Positions 11,016 to 26,586 of a stretch of 64,000 nucleotides of DNA are shown here, piece by piece (positions within the stretch are counted from its first letter, which is position 1; each line of letters opens with the position of its first letter). The translations under genes and the position numbers were made by a program. The stretch is from Tepidisphaera sp. GTDB taxonomy: Bacteria > Planctomycetota > Phycisphaerae > Phycisphaerales > UBA1924. Below the pieces are notes generated by a model. That model was not told the origin of the DNA. It was given only the letters and a program-made list of their open reading frames with translations, and made no database searches. The stretch covers positions 1,536,001 through 1,600,000 of the forward strand of contig CP051526.1 in assembly GCA_050916045.1 (NCBI GenBank), written 5' to 3'.

Positions 11016-11777
11016 ATGGCAAAGAAGCCGGCTGTCGTCGCGATCATCCCCGCTCGCCTCGCGTCGTCGAGGCTGCCGGGAAAGGTCCTCCTCTCGGAGA
11101 CGGGTAAGCCGCTGATCCAGCACGTCGTCGAAGCGGCGCGCAAAGCCAAGGTGCTCGGCCGCGTGGTCGTCGCGACGGACTCCCGCGAGGTTGAAGCGGC
11201 GGTCAGGGCTTTCGGCGGCGAGGTCGTCATGACCCGCGTCAGCCATCCCAATGGCACCAGCCGTCTCGCCGAAGCCGCTCGCAAGCTCAAGCTCAGGGAC
11301 ACCGACATCGTCGTCAATGTTCAGGGTGATGAGCCCGAGATGGAGCGGTCGCTGATCACTGCGGCGGTGAAGTCGCTTCTGAAAGCCGGGTCGGAGGTCT
11401 CGACCGTCGGGATCCCGTTCGGGGCGGGGGACAACCCCGAGAATCCGAACATCGTGAAGGTTGTGACCGCCAAGAGCGGAGCGGCTCTGTACTTCTCGCG
11501 GTCGCGGGTGCCGTTCGTGCGGGATGCCGGAGCGGAAGCCCATCCGCCGCTGCGGCATGTGGGGCTTTACGTCTACCGAGCTGGGTTTCTGAAGAAATAC
11601 GTCAAGCTCGCGCCGGCCCCGATCGAGGTGGCGGAGAGCTTGGAGCAGCTCCGCGTGCTTTGGCACGGGTACCGGATCCAGGTCGCCGTCTGTCAGGGGC
11701 GGGTGCCGGCGGGGATTGACACCCGTGAGCAATATGACGCGTTTGTGGCCCGGTATCGGGATGGGCGCGGGCGGTAG
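11016..11777 (+). CDS. kdsB: 3-deoxy-manno-octulosonate cytidylyltransferase
   Basis: IIPARLASSRLPGK, VVNVQGDEP, ALYFSRS, HVGLYVY, ESLEQLR. Confidence 0.96.
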   Translation: MAKKPAVVAIIPARLASSRLPGKVLLSETGKPLIQHVVEAARKAKVLGRVVVATDSREVEAAVRAFGGEVVMTRVSHPNGTSRLAEAARKLKLRDTDIVVNVQGDEPEMERSLITAAVKSLLKAGSEVSTVGIPFGAGDNPENPNIVKVVTAKSGAALYFSRSRVPFVRDAGAEAHPPLRHVGLYVYRAGFLKKYVKLAPAPIEVAESLEQLRVLWHGYRIQVAVCQGRVPAGIDTREQYDAFVARYRDGRGR

Positions 11778-11860
11778 TGGGGGTACCGGGGCGGGTTCTT
11801 GAGCCTTTGGTGTGACTCCGGACGAGCTTGAGCATCGAACAGTGAGTGGAGGCCCAACGA

Positions 11861-12541
11861 ATGAAGACGACCATGGGACGGACGATGTCGGTGCTTGCGG
11901 TTTCGGCGATGGGGCTGGCGATGGCCGCTTCGTGGGGTTGCTCGCCGCGCGAGGGCGTCGCGGTCAAGCCCGCCAACGACCAGGCCGCGGCCGGTTCGGT
12001 CGCTCCGGCGGCTTCCGAAGCCCAGTTGCCCGCTTCCACGACCACAAAGGACGCGAAAATGGCTGAAGCGATGTTCGGTGCAGGGTGTTTCTGGGGTGTC
12101 GAAGAGACGTTCCGCACGCTTCCGGGCGTGCTCGAGACCGCGGTGGGTTACGCCGGCGGCCGCACGGAGAACCCGACCTACAAGCAGGTTTGCTACGAGA
12201 ACACGGGGCACGCCGAGGTCGTGTACGTGAAGTACGACCCGACGAAGATCTCCTACGCCAAGCTTCTCGACACGTTCTGGAAGAACCATGACCCGACGCA
12301 GGTGAACCGCCAGGGCCCGGATATCGGCGACCAGTACCGCACGGTCATCTTCACCTACTCCGCCGAGCAGGCTCAGGAAGCCGAGACCAGCAAAGCCGTT
12401 CTGGGCGTCTCAGGGAAGCACCGCAAGCCGATCGCGACCCAGATCCTCCCCGCTCCGAAGTTCTACCCGGCCGAGGAATACCACCAGAAGTACCTGATGA
12501 AGCGCGGCCTGGACAACTGCCACCTGCCCACCGGCGGGTGA
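11861..12541 (+). CDS. msrA: Peptide-methionine (S)-S-oxide reductase with an N-terminal export/lipoprotein-like leader
   Basis: [35 protein letters not shown]. Confidence 0.95.
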   Translation: MKTTMGRTMSVLAVSAMGLAMAASWGCSPREGVAVKPANDQAAAGSVAPAASEAQLPASTTTKDAKMAEAMFGAGCFWGVEETFRTLPGVLETAVGYAGGRTENPTYKQVCYENTGHAEVVYVKYDPTKISYAKLLDTFWKNHDPTQVNRQGPDIGDQYRTVIFTYSAEQAQEAETSKAVLGVSGKHRKPIATQILPAPKFYPAEEYHQKYLMKRGLDNCHLPTGG

Positions 12542-12579
12542 GGCAACCGGGCGGGGGCCGAAGTGGTTACGCTCTTCGC

Positions 12580-12957
12580 ATGGCACCCCCCCCGGCGATG
12601 AACCGTCCCGATCCATCCGATTCGGGCGAGTTGCCGCCGATCCCCACGCCCGAAACCGACCCGCGGCTTCGGATCCCCGACATTCTGGCCCAGCGGCCGA
12701 CGACGTCGGCGCCCAAGCCCGTCGATTCGGGGTCGGGCATGGCCGGGATGGTGAAAGCTTGGGGCGTCGCTTTTGATTTCGTCGGCACGATCCTGGGCGG
12801 AGCCCTGCTCGGGTACGGCTTTGACGTCTGGCAGGGAACGACGCCGGTCGGTGTGCTTTCGGGTCTTGGCTTTGGGTTCACGGCGGCGCTGGTTCGGATC
12901 ATCCGCCGGACAATGAAAGAGGAAGCCGCCCGATCCAAAGCCAAACCCAAGCCTTGA
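12580..12957 (+). CDS. AtpZ/AtpI family protein
   Basis: Two TM segments with GALLGYGFD.W; first gene of the atp cluster. Confidence 0.8.
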   Translation: MAPPPAMNRPDPSDSGELPPIPTPETDPRLRIPDILAQRPTTSAPKPVDSGSGMAGMVKAWGVAFDFVGTILGGALLGYGFDVWQGTTPVGVLSGLGFGFTAALVRIIRRTMKEEAARSKAKPKP

Positions 12958-13081
12958 GGACGGCGGCGGGAGCCCGCCCGAACGCCGTCTTCGGGCCGCG
13001 CGGCGGCACCCGAACGGAACTCGCAAACTGGTCGCAATCCGCGGAGGAGGGGCCTATCCTTGGGCCCACCGCGGAGGTTCC

Positions 13082-13567
13082 GTGTCGTCGACCGTCTCAG
13101 ACATCCCCGAAATCCCCCGGGCACGCTTCGGATTGCTGATGCTTCCGGCCGTGCTGGTCGCGGGTGCGCTGTCGGCGGGCATGGCTTTGGCCCTGGGCGG
13201 GACTGGTCGCGAGGTCTCAGCGGCCCTGATCGCGGTGGGCGTCGGGTCGATCCTGACGTTCGCCCCCGCTCTGCTCCATCTCGGCCGCGAGAACTGGGGC
13301 GTGGCCGTCCTTGCTTTCGGTCTTTTCCGGAGCCTGGTGATATTGGGCGCCGCTTGGATGATCGAATCCGGGAATCCCGAGCTTTTGAAGCGCCCGTTCT
13401 ATCTCGCCGTGATGGGCGGGGCGGTTTTCCTGCTTGTGGTTGAAACGGCGGTGGCGGTCACGATCCTTCAGAAGATCGAGAACGCCCGCCTTGCTCTCAA
13501 GAAGTCCAAGAACACATCCCGCGACGGCGAGGCGAAAGCCGACGTCGCCCCGGTGGAGCACGCCTGA
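13082..13567 (+). CDS. AtpI-like membrane protein
   Basis: Four hydrophobic segments, directly upstream of atpB. Confidence 0.6.
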   Translation: MSSTVSDIPEIPRARFGLLMLPAVLVAGALSAGMALALGGTGREVSAALIAVGVGSILTFAPALLHLGRENWGVAVLAFGLFRSLVILGAAWMIESGNPELLKRPFYLAVMGGAVFLLVVETAVAVTILQKIENARLALKKSKNTSRDGEAKADVAPVEHA

Positions 13568-13568
13568 C

Positions 13569-14848
<1,280 letters not shown>

Positions 14849-14976
14849 TCCGCAAAGTAATCACTCGTCCCGCGACGCCCGACGGCTTCGCGGGGCTTTG
14901 TCCGACAGTTCCGCACGCTTCTGACCCACATCGCCCGCCGCGAACCCCGCGGTCCGGCGGCCGACGGAGAACGACG

Positions 14977-15582
14977 ATGAAGACGAAAGCTCTCGCACTG
15001 CTGATGAACCTGGCGATCCCCGCGATGGTGCTTGCCGCCGGCCCCGAAGCCGGGCACGGTGAGCACGGCCCGCAGGCCGGCGCCGCCGCGACCGTGAAGG
15101 AGGGCGCCGTCGCCGCCGTCGCCACGATCGTGGTCTTCACCCTCGTCTTCGCCATCCTCGCCGTTAAGGTGTGGCCGACGATCGGCAAGGCTCTCGATGA
15201 GCGGGCCAACAAGATCCGCGACGAAATCGAAGCCGCCGAGATGGCCCGCAAGCAGGCCAAGGAGTCTCTCGACGAGTATCAGGCCAAGCTCGCCGAAGCC
15301 CGCGCCGAAGCTCAGCGCATGATCGACCAGGCCAAGAGCCAGCAGCTCGCCGTCGCCGCTTCCGAGAAGGCCAAGCTCGAAGCCGAGCTTTCCAAGGAAC
15401 GCGAGCGGGCCCTCCGCGACATCGAAGCCGCCAAGCGGGCCGCCGTCGCCGAGCTCTACAGCCAGTCGGCCGTCCTCGCGACGACCCTCGCCAGCAAGAT
15501 TCTCAAGCGGAACATCAACACCTCCGACCACCAGCAGCTCATCGAGGAATCCCTCGGCCAGATGCAGGGGATGCGGAACTGA
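14977..15582 (+). CDS. atpF: F0 ATP synthase subunit b
   Basis: TM segment, WPTIGKALDERANKI, long coiled coil. Confidence 0.93.
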   Translation: MKTKALALLMNLAIPAMVLAAGPEAGHGEHGPQAGAAATVKEGAVAAVATIVVFTLVFAILAVKVWPTIGKALDERANKIRDEIEAAEMARKQAKESLDEYQAKLAEARAEAQRMIDQAKSQQLAVAASEKAKLEAELSKERERALRDIEAAKRAAVAELYSQSAVLATTLASKILKRNINTSDHQQLIEESLGQMQGMRN

Positions 15583-15649
15583 TCAGCGGGCCTCGAGAGT
15601 CCACGAACGGCAAGCACGACTGCAAGCACGACCGACAGAAGGGTGACCG

Positions 15650-16258
15650 ATGCCTCTGATTGAAGCCAAGCCCGACGCGCTCGCGATGATCTACGCCAAG
15701 ACGCTCCTCCAGATGGTGGAGCAGAAGGGCGGCCGCGATGCGGTGATGGGGATCCTGGGAGAGCTCGAGGACATCCTCGAGATCGCCCGCGAGAATCCGC
15801 GGTTCGGCGAGTTCCTCGCCAGCCGCGTCGTCTCCGAAACCAAGCGGGCCGCCAGCCTGCTCAAGGTGCTCGGGGGCCGCGTCTCCGACATCACGCTCCG
15901 GTTCCTCCAGGTCGTCAACCGCAAGGGCCGTCTGGGCCACCTGCCCGCGATCGTCGCCGCGTTTGACCTGTGCGCCCAGGAGAAGTTCGGCCGGGTCGAG
16001 GTCGACGTCTACACCGCCGAGCCGATCGACGCTTCGGGCAGCAAGAAGATCCAGGACGGCCTGGCTTTGGCGCTCAAGAAGGAAGTCGTGATCCACCCGT
16101 ACATCGATCACGCGATGATCGGCGGCGTCAAGATCCGCGTGGGTGACCAGTTCATCGACGCTTCGGTCGCGACGCAGCTCCGCAAGATGAGCGACACGCT
16201 CCGCAACGAAGGCCAGAGCAAGCTCAAAGCCAAGTTCGACAAGATCATCGAGGGTTGA
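15650..16258 (+). CDS. atpH: F1 ATP synthase subunit delta
   Basis: YAKTL, MIGGVKIRVGDQFIDASVATQL; position after atpF. Confidence 0.92.
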   Translation: MPLIEAKPDALAMIYAKTLLQMVEQKGGRDAVMGILGELEDILEIARENPRFGEFLASRVVSETKRAASLLKVLGGRVSDITLRFLQVVNRKGRLGHLPAIVAAFDLCAQEKFGRVEVDVYTAEPIDASGSKKIQDGLALALKKEVVIHPYIDHAMIGGVKIRVGDQFIDASVATQLRKMSDTLRNEGQSKLKAKFDKIIEG

Positions 16259-16351
16259 GGCGGACGCGTTTGGGTCGGTGCGGCGCGGAGACGCGCGGAG
16301 AGAAGCAAGGGGATCTCCGCGTTCGGTTTCAGCTCGAATTGAAGGGATTCC

Positions 16352-17551
16352 ATGAAGAAGAACATCGCTTCCGTTGATGTGTCCGGCAAGAAGGTCTTCG
16401 TCCGCGTCGATTTCAACGTCCCGATCGAGGACGGCAAGATCACCGACGACCGCCGGATCCGCTCGGCGCTCCCGACCATCAAGAGCATCATCGACCGCGG
16501 CGGCAAAGCGATCCTCGCCAGCCACCTCGGCCGCCCCGAGGGCACCGGGTACGAAGCCGAGTTCACGCTCGCGCCGGCCGCCAAGCGCCTGGGCGAACTG
16601 CTCGGCAAGCCCGTCGCGTTCCCCAGCCAGGATGCCATCGACGCCGGTTCGGACGCCGCGGTCGCCGCGATGAACAACGGCGATGTGCTGCTGCTTGAGA
16701 ACGTCCGGTTCCACAAAGCCGAGAAGAAGGGCGACGCGGCTTTCGCGGCCAAGCTCGCGCACGGCGCGGATGTGTACGTCAACGACGCGTTCGGCACCTG
16801 CCACCGCCCCGAAGCCAGCATGGTCGCCGTGCCGAAGAGCATGACCGGCAAGCCCAAGGTCGTCGGGTTCCTCGTCGAGAAGGAAGTGAAGTTCCTCTCC
16901 GGGGCGATCTCCGCGCCGGTCAAGCCTTTCGTCGTCGTTCTCGGCGGAGCCAAAGTCTCCGACAAGATGGCGTGCATCGACAACCTCCTCCCCAAGGCCG
17001 ACCACATCATCATCGGCGGGGCCATGGCGTACACGTTCCTGCGGGCGCTGGGCAAGAAGGTCGGCAGCAGCCGCGTCGAGGAAGATCGCATCGCCGACGC
17101 GAAGAAGACCCTCGACCTGGCGGCCAAGCTCAAGTGCGAGCTCCACCTTCCCGTCGACCACGTCTGCAACACGCAGTTCTCCGAGCACGGCGACATCGAG
17201 GTCTTTGATGGCGACATCAAGGACGGGTACATGGGCCTGGACATCGGCCCCAAGACCCAGACCAAGTACGCTCTTCTGATCGCGAAAGCCAAGACGGTCG
17301 TGTGGAACGGTCCGATGGGCGTTTTCGAGATGAGCCCGTTCGCGGTGGGCACCAAGTCCGTCGCTCGCGCGATGGTCGACGCGACGAAGAAGGGTGCGAC
17401 CACGATCGTCGGTGGGGGCGACTCCGCCGCGGCCGTCGAACAGATGCACCTCGCCGAGGGCTTCAGCCACGTGTCGACCGGCGGCGGTGCGAGCCTGGAG
17501 ATGCTCGAGGGCAAGAAGTTCGAGTCCGTCGAGCTGCTCGACAACGCGTAA
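16352..17551 (+). CDS. pgk: Phosphoglycerate kinase
   Basis: [39 protein letters not shown]. Confidence 0.98.
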   Translation: MKKNIASVDVSGKKVFVRVDFNVPIEDGKITDDRRIRSALPTIKSIIDRGGKAILASHLGRPEGTGYEAEFTLAPAAKRLGELLGKPVAFPSQDAIDAGSDAAVAAMNNGDVLLLENVRFHKAEKKGDAAFAAKLAHGADVYVNDAFGTCHRPEASMVAVPKSMTGKPKVVGFLVEKEVKFLSGAISAPVKPFVVVLGGAKVSDKMACIDNLLPKADHIIIGGAMAYTFLRALGKKVGSSRVEEDRIADAKKTLDLAAKLKCELHLPVDHVCNTQFSEHGDIEVFDGDIKDGYMGLDIGPKTQTKYALLIAKAKTVVWNGPMGVFEMSPFAVGTKSVARAMVDATKKGATTIVGGGDSAAAVEQMHLAEGFSHVSTGGGASLEMLEGKKFESVELLDNA

Positions 17552-17569
17552 GGTCGACGCGACCCATCC

Positions 17570-18271
17570 ATGATCGAAGAAACGGCGAGACCGGCGACGA
17601 CCCGGGATCTCGAGACCCTCGATTTCCGCCGCTATCGCGTGACGTGGGCGAGCGGGACGCCGTGGGGCTGCATGCTCTGGGCGCCTCTGGCGGTGACGGC
17701 GCTTGTTGCGGTCGTGGCGCTGCTTTTCGCGGGGATGAACGGCAACTGGGGGGTGGTCGGGTTCGCGGCCGGGGTCTCGGCGGGGATTTCGTTCTTCATC
17801 GCGGCGTGGGTGGTGGGGGGCGAGTGGCTTTGGCTTTGGTGGCTTGCGGCGCGGCGGGAGTCGCGTGCGATGGCCCACGCGCCGATCCGCGTGCTGAAAG
17901 CCAAAGCCGACCGTGCCTGGGTCGTGGTTGATGTCGAAGCGGACGCGGGCATGCCGTACGTCGCGTTCGATGTCGGCGACGGCGAGGTGCTCTGCATCGA
18001 CGCCGCGACGGCTCTGGGTCTGGTCGCGGCGGAGGACTATCGGAAAGCCCCGCCCGAGACGATCGCGAGCGAGATCGAGGTCGATCTCGAGCCGCGGGCC
18101 GATTGGCCGCTCGGAGTTCGGCTCTCCGGGCCTGAGGTCCCGCTGGCGGACCTCTTGGTCGCGGACCCCCGGCCGCAGCTTCTCGCGGCGAACAAACCGT
18201 CGACGTTCCCGCTTCGGCTTCGGCACGGCGAGCTCTCGCCCGAGATGCGGGAACTGGTCACGAGTGCCTGA
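17570..18271 (+). CDS. Hypothetical membrane protein
   Basis: Two TM segments plus a soluble C-terminal part. Confidence 0.6.
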   Translation: MIEETARPATTRDLETLDFRRYRVTWASGTPWGCMLWAPLAVTALVAVVALLFAGMNGNWGVVGFAAGVSAGISFFIAAWVVGGEWLWLWWLAARRESRAMAHAPIRVLKAKADRAWVVVDVEADAGMPYVAFDVGDGEVLCIDAATALGLVAAEDYRKAPPETIASEIEVDLEPRADWPLGVRLSGPEVPLADLLVADPRPQLLAANKPSTFPLRLRHGELSPEMRELVTSA

Positions 18272-18317
18272 GTCCGTCCAAGCGGATAGAGTTCAGCAGA
18301 ATACGCAGGAGTTTCGC

Positions 18318-18626
18318 ATGAAATTGGTCGCTTTCACCGGTCTGGTCGCTCTCTCGGCTCTTGGTGGCTGCAAGTCCGGGGAGTATGTCCACGCCGAGGG
18401 CGAGGTCTGCACGCCCGCGCCCGCCGGCGGCAACCAGCCCGGCAAGGTCGCGGTCAACACCGTCTGCCCGATCATGCAGAGCGACGCCGCCGACGGCTCC
18501 ACGACCGTCACGTACAAGGGCAAGGTCATCGCCCTCTGCTGCGCCGGCTGCGTGCCCAAGTTCAACAAGCTCGACGACGCCGGCAAGGACAAGATCCTCG
18601 CGACGGCGATGACGTACGCGAAGTAA
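18318..18626 (+). CDS. Small lipoprotein with a YHS/TRASH-like metal-binding domain
   Basis: Lipobox LGGC; NTVCPIM...YKGKVIALCCAGCVPKF; AGGAG ribosome-binding site. Confidence 0.75.
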   Translation: MKLVAFTGLVALSALGGCKSGEYVHAEGEVCTPAPAGGNQPGKVAVNTVCPIMQSDAADGSTTVTYKGKVIALCCAGCVPKFNKLDDAGKDKILATAMTYAK

Positions 18627-18644
18627 GCTCAGCCTCGGAAGGGC

Positions 18645-20543
18645 TCAGCTTCGACCGAACAGCTTCTCAAGCTCGCGAATCGTGAGACGCACCGTCGTCG
18701 GCCGCCCGTGCGGGCAGTTGCTCGACCGTTCCACGGCGTCGCGCAGGCCGAGGAGAGCGCCGAGCTCGCCGTCGGACATCCTGTCGCCCGCTTTCACCGC
18801 CGCTTTGCACGCCATCATGTCCAGGACATCGCGGAGAGCGTCCTCGGAGCCCGGAGCAAAGTCCGACGAAGCCGCTTTCTCGAAGAGATCCGGCAGAAAC
18901 TCCCCCGGATCCACGCGCCGCTCGAACAGGAACGACGGGAACGCGTGAACCGCGAGCTGCTTGGGCCCCAGCGGAGCGGCTTCGATCCCGATCCGCGTCA
19001 GAAGCTCGGCGAGCTCGTCCAGCCGCGCGAGCTGCGTCGGCGTCGCGTCGAGCACGACGGGCGTCAGGAGCCGCTGGCTTTCGAGGTTCGACTCCGTCAC
19101 GCGGGCGAGCAGGGCTTCGAACATCACACGCTCGTGCAGAGCGTGCTGGTCGACGATCAGCACGCCGTGCTCATCCTGCGTGACCAGGTACGAGTTGTGC
19201 ACCTGGAGCACCTTTGAAGCCGGGCGGGGCGCGTCGGTCAGGACCGGCTCTTCGCGGACGATGACGGGCGTCGGAAGCGGCGGCGGCGCGAGGGTCGCCG
19301 GCTGGCTCGCGGCTTCGGCGGGCTTGGGCTCAAATCCAAGAGCCGGCTGACTGCCCGAGGGCACCATCCGCTTGAAGTAGTCGACGAACGCCGCCCGGGT
19401 GACTTCCGGCCGCTCGGGAGCGACGGGCGCGAACGCGCCCGGGCTCAGGATCGCCCGCTCTTCCCCCGGACGCACTCCCGAAGCCCGCACCGCCGCGAAC
19501 GTCGGCGTCAGATCGGCCGCGGCGAGCGCCCGCTTGACCGCGTGGAAGACCACCGAGTGGACGACGCCGCTGTCGCGGAAGCGGACCTCCGCTTTCTGCG
19601 GATGCACGTTCACATCGACGGCCTGCGGGCTCATCTCCAGCATGAGCAGAGCGGTGGGGTGCCGCCCCGGCTCGATAAGACCCCGGAACGGCTCGCTCAG
19701 GGCGTGCTGCACGGTCCGATCCCGCACCGCGCGGCCGTTCACGAACAGGTGCTGTGCCGCTCGCGTCGCCCTCGCGATCGACGGCAACCCGACAAGCCCC
19801 CACACCGCCACGCCCCGCGCATCGTCGTATTGATCCGCGTGCACCTCGAGCAACTGGTCCTTGAGCTCTCGCCCCAGCACATCCAACGCCCGGTCGCGGG
19901 CCGTCTGGTCCATCGGAAGGTCGAGCACCGTCCGCCCGTCGCACACGCACCGGAACGCCACTGACGGGTGCGCGAGCGCAAGCTCCGTCAGCGTGTCCAC
20001 GCACCGCGACTGCTCCGTCGGGATCGTCCGCAAAAACTTCCGCCGCGCCGGCGTGTTGAAAAACAGGTTCCGCACCGCGATCGACGTGCCGATCGGTCCC
20101 GAAGCCGGCTTGATGTCCGCCGGCTTCAATCCCTCGACCACGCCCTCCGTATCAAGCACCCACGCGCCGACCTCACCCGGCGTCCGCGACCGGATCGACA
20201 CCCGGGCCACGCTCGCGATCGAAGCGAGAGCCTCCCCGCGGAACCCGAGCGTCGCGATGCGGTCCAGGTCGCCGGTGGACGTGATCTTGCTGGTCGCGTG
20301 CGGGTGCACGGCGAGGGGAAGGTCGTCGCGCTCGATCCCCGAGCCGTTGTCGGTCACGCGGACGAGTTCGGTCCCCCCGGCTTCGAGCTCGAGCGAGATC
20401 GCCGTCGCGCCGGCGTCGATGGAGTTCTCGACCAGTTCCTTGACGACCGAAGCGGGCCGCTCGACGACCTCGCCCGCCGCGATCTGGCTCGCGACAAGCG
20501 GGGAAAGGGGTTGGATGCGGCGGGCCGCGGCCTGGGCGTTCAC
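18645..20543 (-). CDS. mutL: DNA mismatch repair protein MutL
   Basis: IAAGEVVERPASVVKELVENSIDAGA, GFRGEAL, DQHALHER, ACK, CPHGRP. Confidence 0.97.
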   Translation of the reverse strand: MNAQAAARRIQPLSPLVASQIAAGEVVERPASVVKELVENSIDAGATAISLELEAGGTELVRVTDNGSGIERDDLPLAVHPHATSKITSTGDLDRIATLGFRGEALASIASVARVSIRSRTPGEVGAWVLDTEGVVEGLKPADIKPASGPIGTSIAVRNLFFNTPARRKFLRTIPTEQSRCVDTLTELALAHPSVAFRCVCDGRTVLDLPMDQTARDRALDVLGRELKDQLLEVHADQYDDARGVAVWGLVGLPSIARATRAAQHLFVNGRAVRDRTVQHALSEPFRGLIEPGRHPTALLMLEMSPQAVDVNVHPQKAEVRFRDSGVVHSVVFHAVKRALAAADLTPTFAAVRASGVRPGEERAILSPGAFAPVAPERPEVTRAAFVDYFKRMVPSGSQPALGFEPKPAEAASQPATLAPPPLPTPVIVREEPVLTDAPRPASKVLQVHNSYLVTQDEHGVLIVDQHALHERVMFEALLARVTESNLESQRLLTPVVLDATPTQLARLDELAELLTRIGIEAAPLGPKQLAVHAFPSFLFERRVDPGEFLPDLFEKAASSDFAPGSEDALRDVLDMMACKAAVKAGDRMSDGELGALLGLRDAVERSSNCPHGRPTTVRLTIRELEKLFGRS

Positions 20544-20554
20544 GATTCCACTGT

Positions 20555-20590
20555 ACGCAAAAGCCCCCTCCGCGGGGAGGGGGCTTGCGT
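20555..20590 (-). terminator. Intrinsic terminator downstream of secA
   Basis: Stem aagccccctcc/ggagggggctt with a T-run on the minus strand. Confidence 0.7.
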
Positions 20591-20629
20591 GGTCAGAGCT
20601 TCAATCGAGGGCTGGCGGTTTGGCTGATC

Positions 20630-24766
<4,137 letters not shown>

Positions 24767-24915
24767 GGCTGTGTCTCGCATCGCACCGGTAGAATGCTCT
24801 CCGGGCGCGGAAAAGGGGCATTGAGGGTCAGATTGGAAATGGAAGCGGACGGACTCGGAGCGCGGCCGGTCGCGTTACACGCGCGGCTCGCGATGCTTCT
24901 GGCGATCGGGAATGA

Positions 24916-25275
24916 TCAAGCCTTGGGCGGAGCAAGCCCGGTGGACCACGGCGAGAGCGTGGCCTGGATCGAGGTCGCGACTTCGGAGGACGGGGTCGCG
25001 TGCGAAACCGGAGCGGGTGCTTGGAGCACGCGCTCGCGGGCTTTCGTGTCGCCCTGCGGGCGGTCTGGCTCGGTAAAGACGCCGCGGTGGGCGGCCGCGA
25101 CGATGGTCGTGGCAAGCCGGGTGCGGGTCTCGCTGGACCCCGGCCCCGCGAACTCGAGCATCGAGATCGAGAGCTGGACCGTCAGCGCCATCAGCACGAG
25201 CATGGACCAACCGTGTCCAGCCGGACGGCGGATGGGGTGTGAGGTCGAGCTGTTCTGGCGAACCGGGTCTGTCAC
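24916..25275 (-). CDS. Small ORF upstream of secA with a hydrophobic N-terminal segment and C-terminal LAPP (candidate arrest peptide)
   Basis: GTG 25275 or ATG 25203; WSMLVLMALTVQLSISMLEF ... WSTGLAPPKA*. Confidence 0.45.
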   Translation of the reverse strand: MTDPVRQNSSTSHPIRRPAGHGWSMLVLMALTVQLSISMLEFAGPGSSETRTRLATTIVAAAHRGVFTEPDRPQGDTKARERVLQAPAPVSHATPSSEVATSIQATLSPWSTGLAPPKA

Positions 25276-25428
25276 GGCCCTAAGAGTATCGTCTTCCCGG
25301 CCTCGAGGGGATAGGTCACCCGAACAATCTTCGGCCATCGGAAATTTCTGCGGACCCGGCGGGCGGATCGTCCGATAGTTCACGGTCCCCGACTCTGGAA
25401 TCGGCGCGAGCGTGTGCTACGGTGCGGT

Positions 25429-25932
25429 ATGGGCGATGACCAGACCGATTCGAGCATGGGCGGCGCAGGGCAGGCCGGGGACCCGAACGCGGCCGGCTTG
25501 CCGCTTCACTCCGGCACGCCGTCCGGTCATATTCCGTCCGACGGCACTCCATCTGCCAAGGGAACGCCTCCGATGATCGCCACCCGCCATTCCCTGCCCG
25601 CGACCCGCGAGTCCCTGACCCACAAGTTCAGCGTGGGTTCGCACGAAGGCTACCTGACGGTCGGTCTCTATCCCGACGGCCGCCCGGGAGAGATCTTCCT
25701 GAAGATGTCCAAGGAAGGGTCGACGATGAGCGGCATGTGCCAGGCGTTCTGCCGGGCTTTCAGCCTGTCCATCCAGCTCGGCCTGCCGCTTCAGGATGCC
25801 ATCGCCCGGTTCAAGGGCATGCGGTTTGAGCCGATGGGCGCCACGAGCAACCCGGACATTCCCGAAGCCAGCTCGATCGTCGACTACATCGCCAAGTACC
25901 TCGAGCTTCACCACTCGACCCCTCGCCGCTGA
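25429..25932 (+). CDS. Stand-alone TSCPD-domain protein (resembles the C-terminal domain of class II ribonucleotide reductase NrdJ)
   Basis: RESLTHKFSVGSHEGYLTVGLYPDGRPGEIFLKMSKEGST...MRFEPMGATSNPDIPEASSIVDYI. Confidence 0.85.
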   Translation: MGDDQTDSSMGGAGQAGDPNAAGLPLHSGTPSGHIPSDGTPSAKGTPPMIATRHSLPATRESLTHKFSVGSHEGYLTVGLYPDGRPGEIFLKMSKEGSTMSGMCQAFCRAFSLSIQLGLPLQDAIARFKGMRFEPMGATSNPDIPEASSIVDYIAKYLELHHSTPRR

Positions 25933-25941
25933 GGCCCCGCC

Positions 25942-26586
25942 TCACTGCAGCTCTTCGGTACGCCGCGGGGAGACCGTGGACACGAAGCGGATGGTGGGGG
26001 ACTCGACCGCCGTGAACATCGTCGCGCCGCCCGCATCATTCGGGCGGATGATCATGTCGACCGTCGCCTGCTGGAGACGCTGTGCGACGTCGTATTCAAG
26101 CGTGAACCGCACGTCCTGAAGGTTGGTGATCAGCGGACGGGCTTCGTGCGTGACGATGCTGTTGTCTTCGTCGAAGTCGTCCTGCACGTACCAGAGCTCA
26201 AAGAGCGGCACGCCGCCGGCGGACTGGCCCGCCGATCGCTTCTCGATGCGGATCACGCGGAGCGCCACGTCGGGGTCGTTGGGCAGCGCCCCGTGAAACT
26301 CGATGTAGTCCGAGTTGAGGGGGTTCTGGGCCAGGTCAAGCGGGTCCACCGGGTAGGGAGCAAAGTCCGTGCCCGTGCGGATCATTCCCATCAGGCGGTG
26401 CATCGTGATGCGCGAGACGACGTGCGTCGAAGCTCCGTCGGTCGTAAACTTGTAGCTCTTGAACGACGCGTCCAGCGCGGCCAGTGCCGCGGTCAGGAGC
26501 GTGCCCGTGATCGTCAGCGACACGAGCATTTCGATCAGGCTGAAACCGCGGCGGCGCGGGGAACTCATGCGACGGGTCGTGTTCAC
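25942..26586 (-). CDS. Type IV pilin-like protein (PilW/GspJ-like)
   Basis: Class III signal RRRG|FSLIEMLVSL. Confidence 0.85.
   Translation of the reverse strand: MNTTRRMSSPRRRGFSLIEMLVSLTITGTLLTAALAALDASFKSYKFTTDGASTHVVSRITMHRLMGMIRTGTDFAPYPVDPLDLAQNPLNSDYIEFHGALPNDPDVALRVIRIEKRSAGQSAGGVPLFELWYVQDDFDEDNSIVTHEARPLITNLQDVRFTLEYDVAQRLQQATVDMIIRPNDAGGATMFTAVESPTIRFVSTVSPRRTEELQ

Noticed and set aside
15610..15633. 12-bp tandem repeat GCAAGCACGAC(T/C) between atpF and atpH
   Set aside because: Only two copies; most likely a slippage duplication.
15539..18226. 895-aa minus-strand ORF and similar long antisense ORFs (9504..11732, 20771..22957, 23015..25378, 26697..29186, 53090..55219)
   Set aside because: Shadow frames of clear genes, typical of high-GC DNA, with no motifs.
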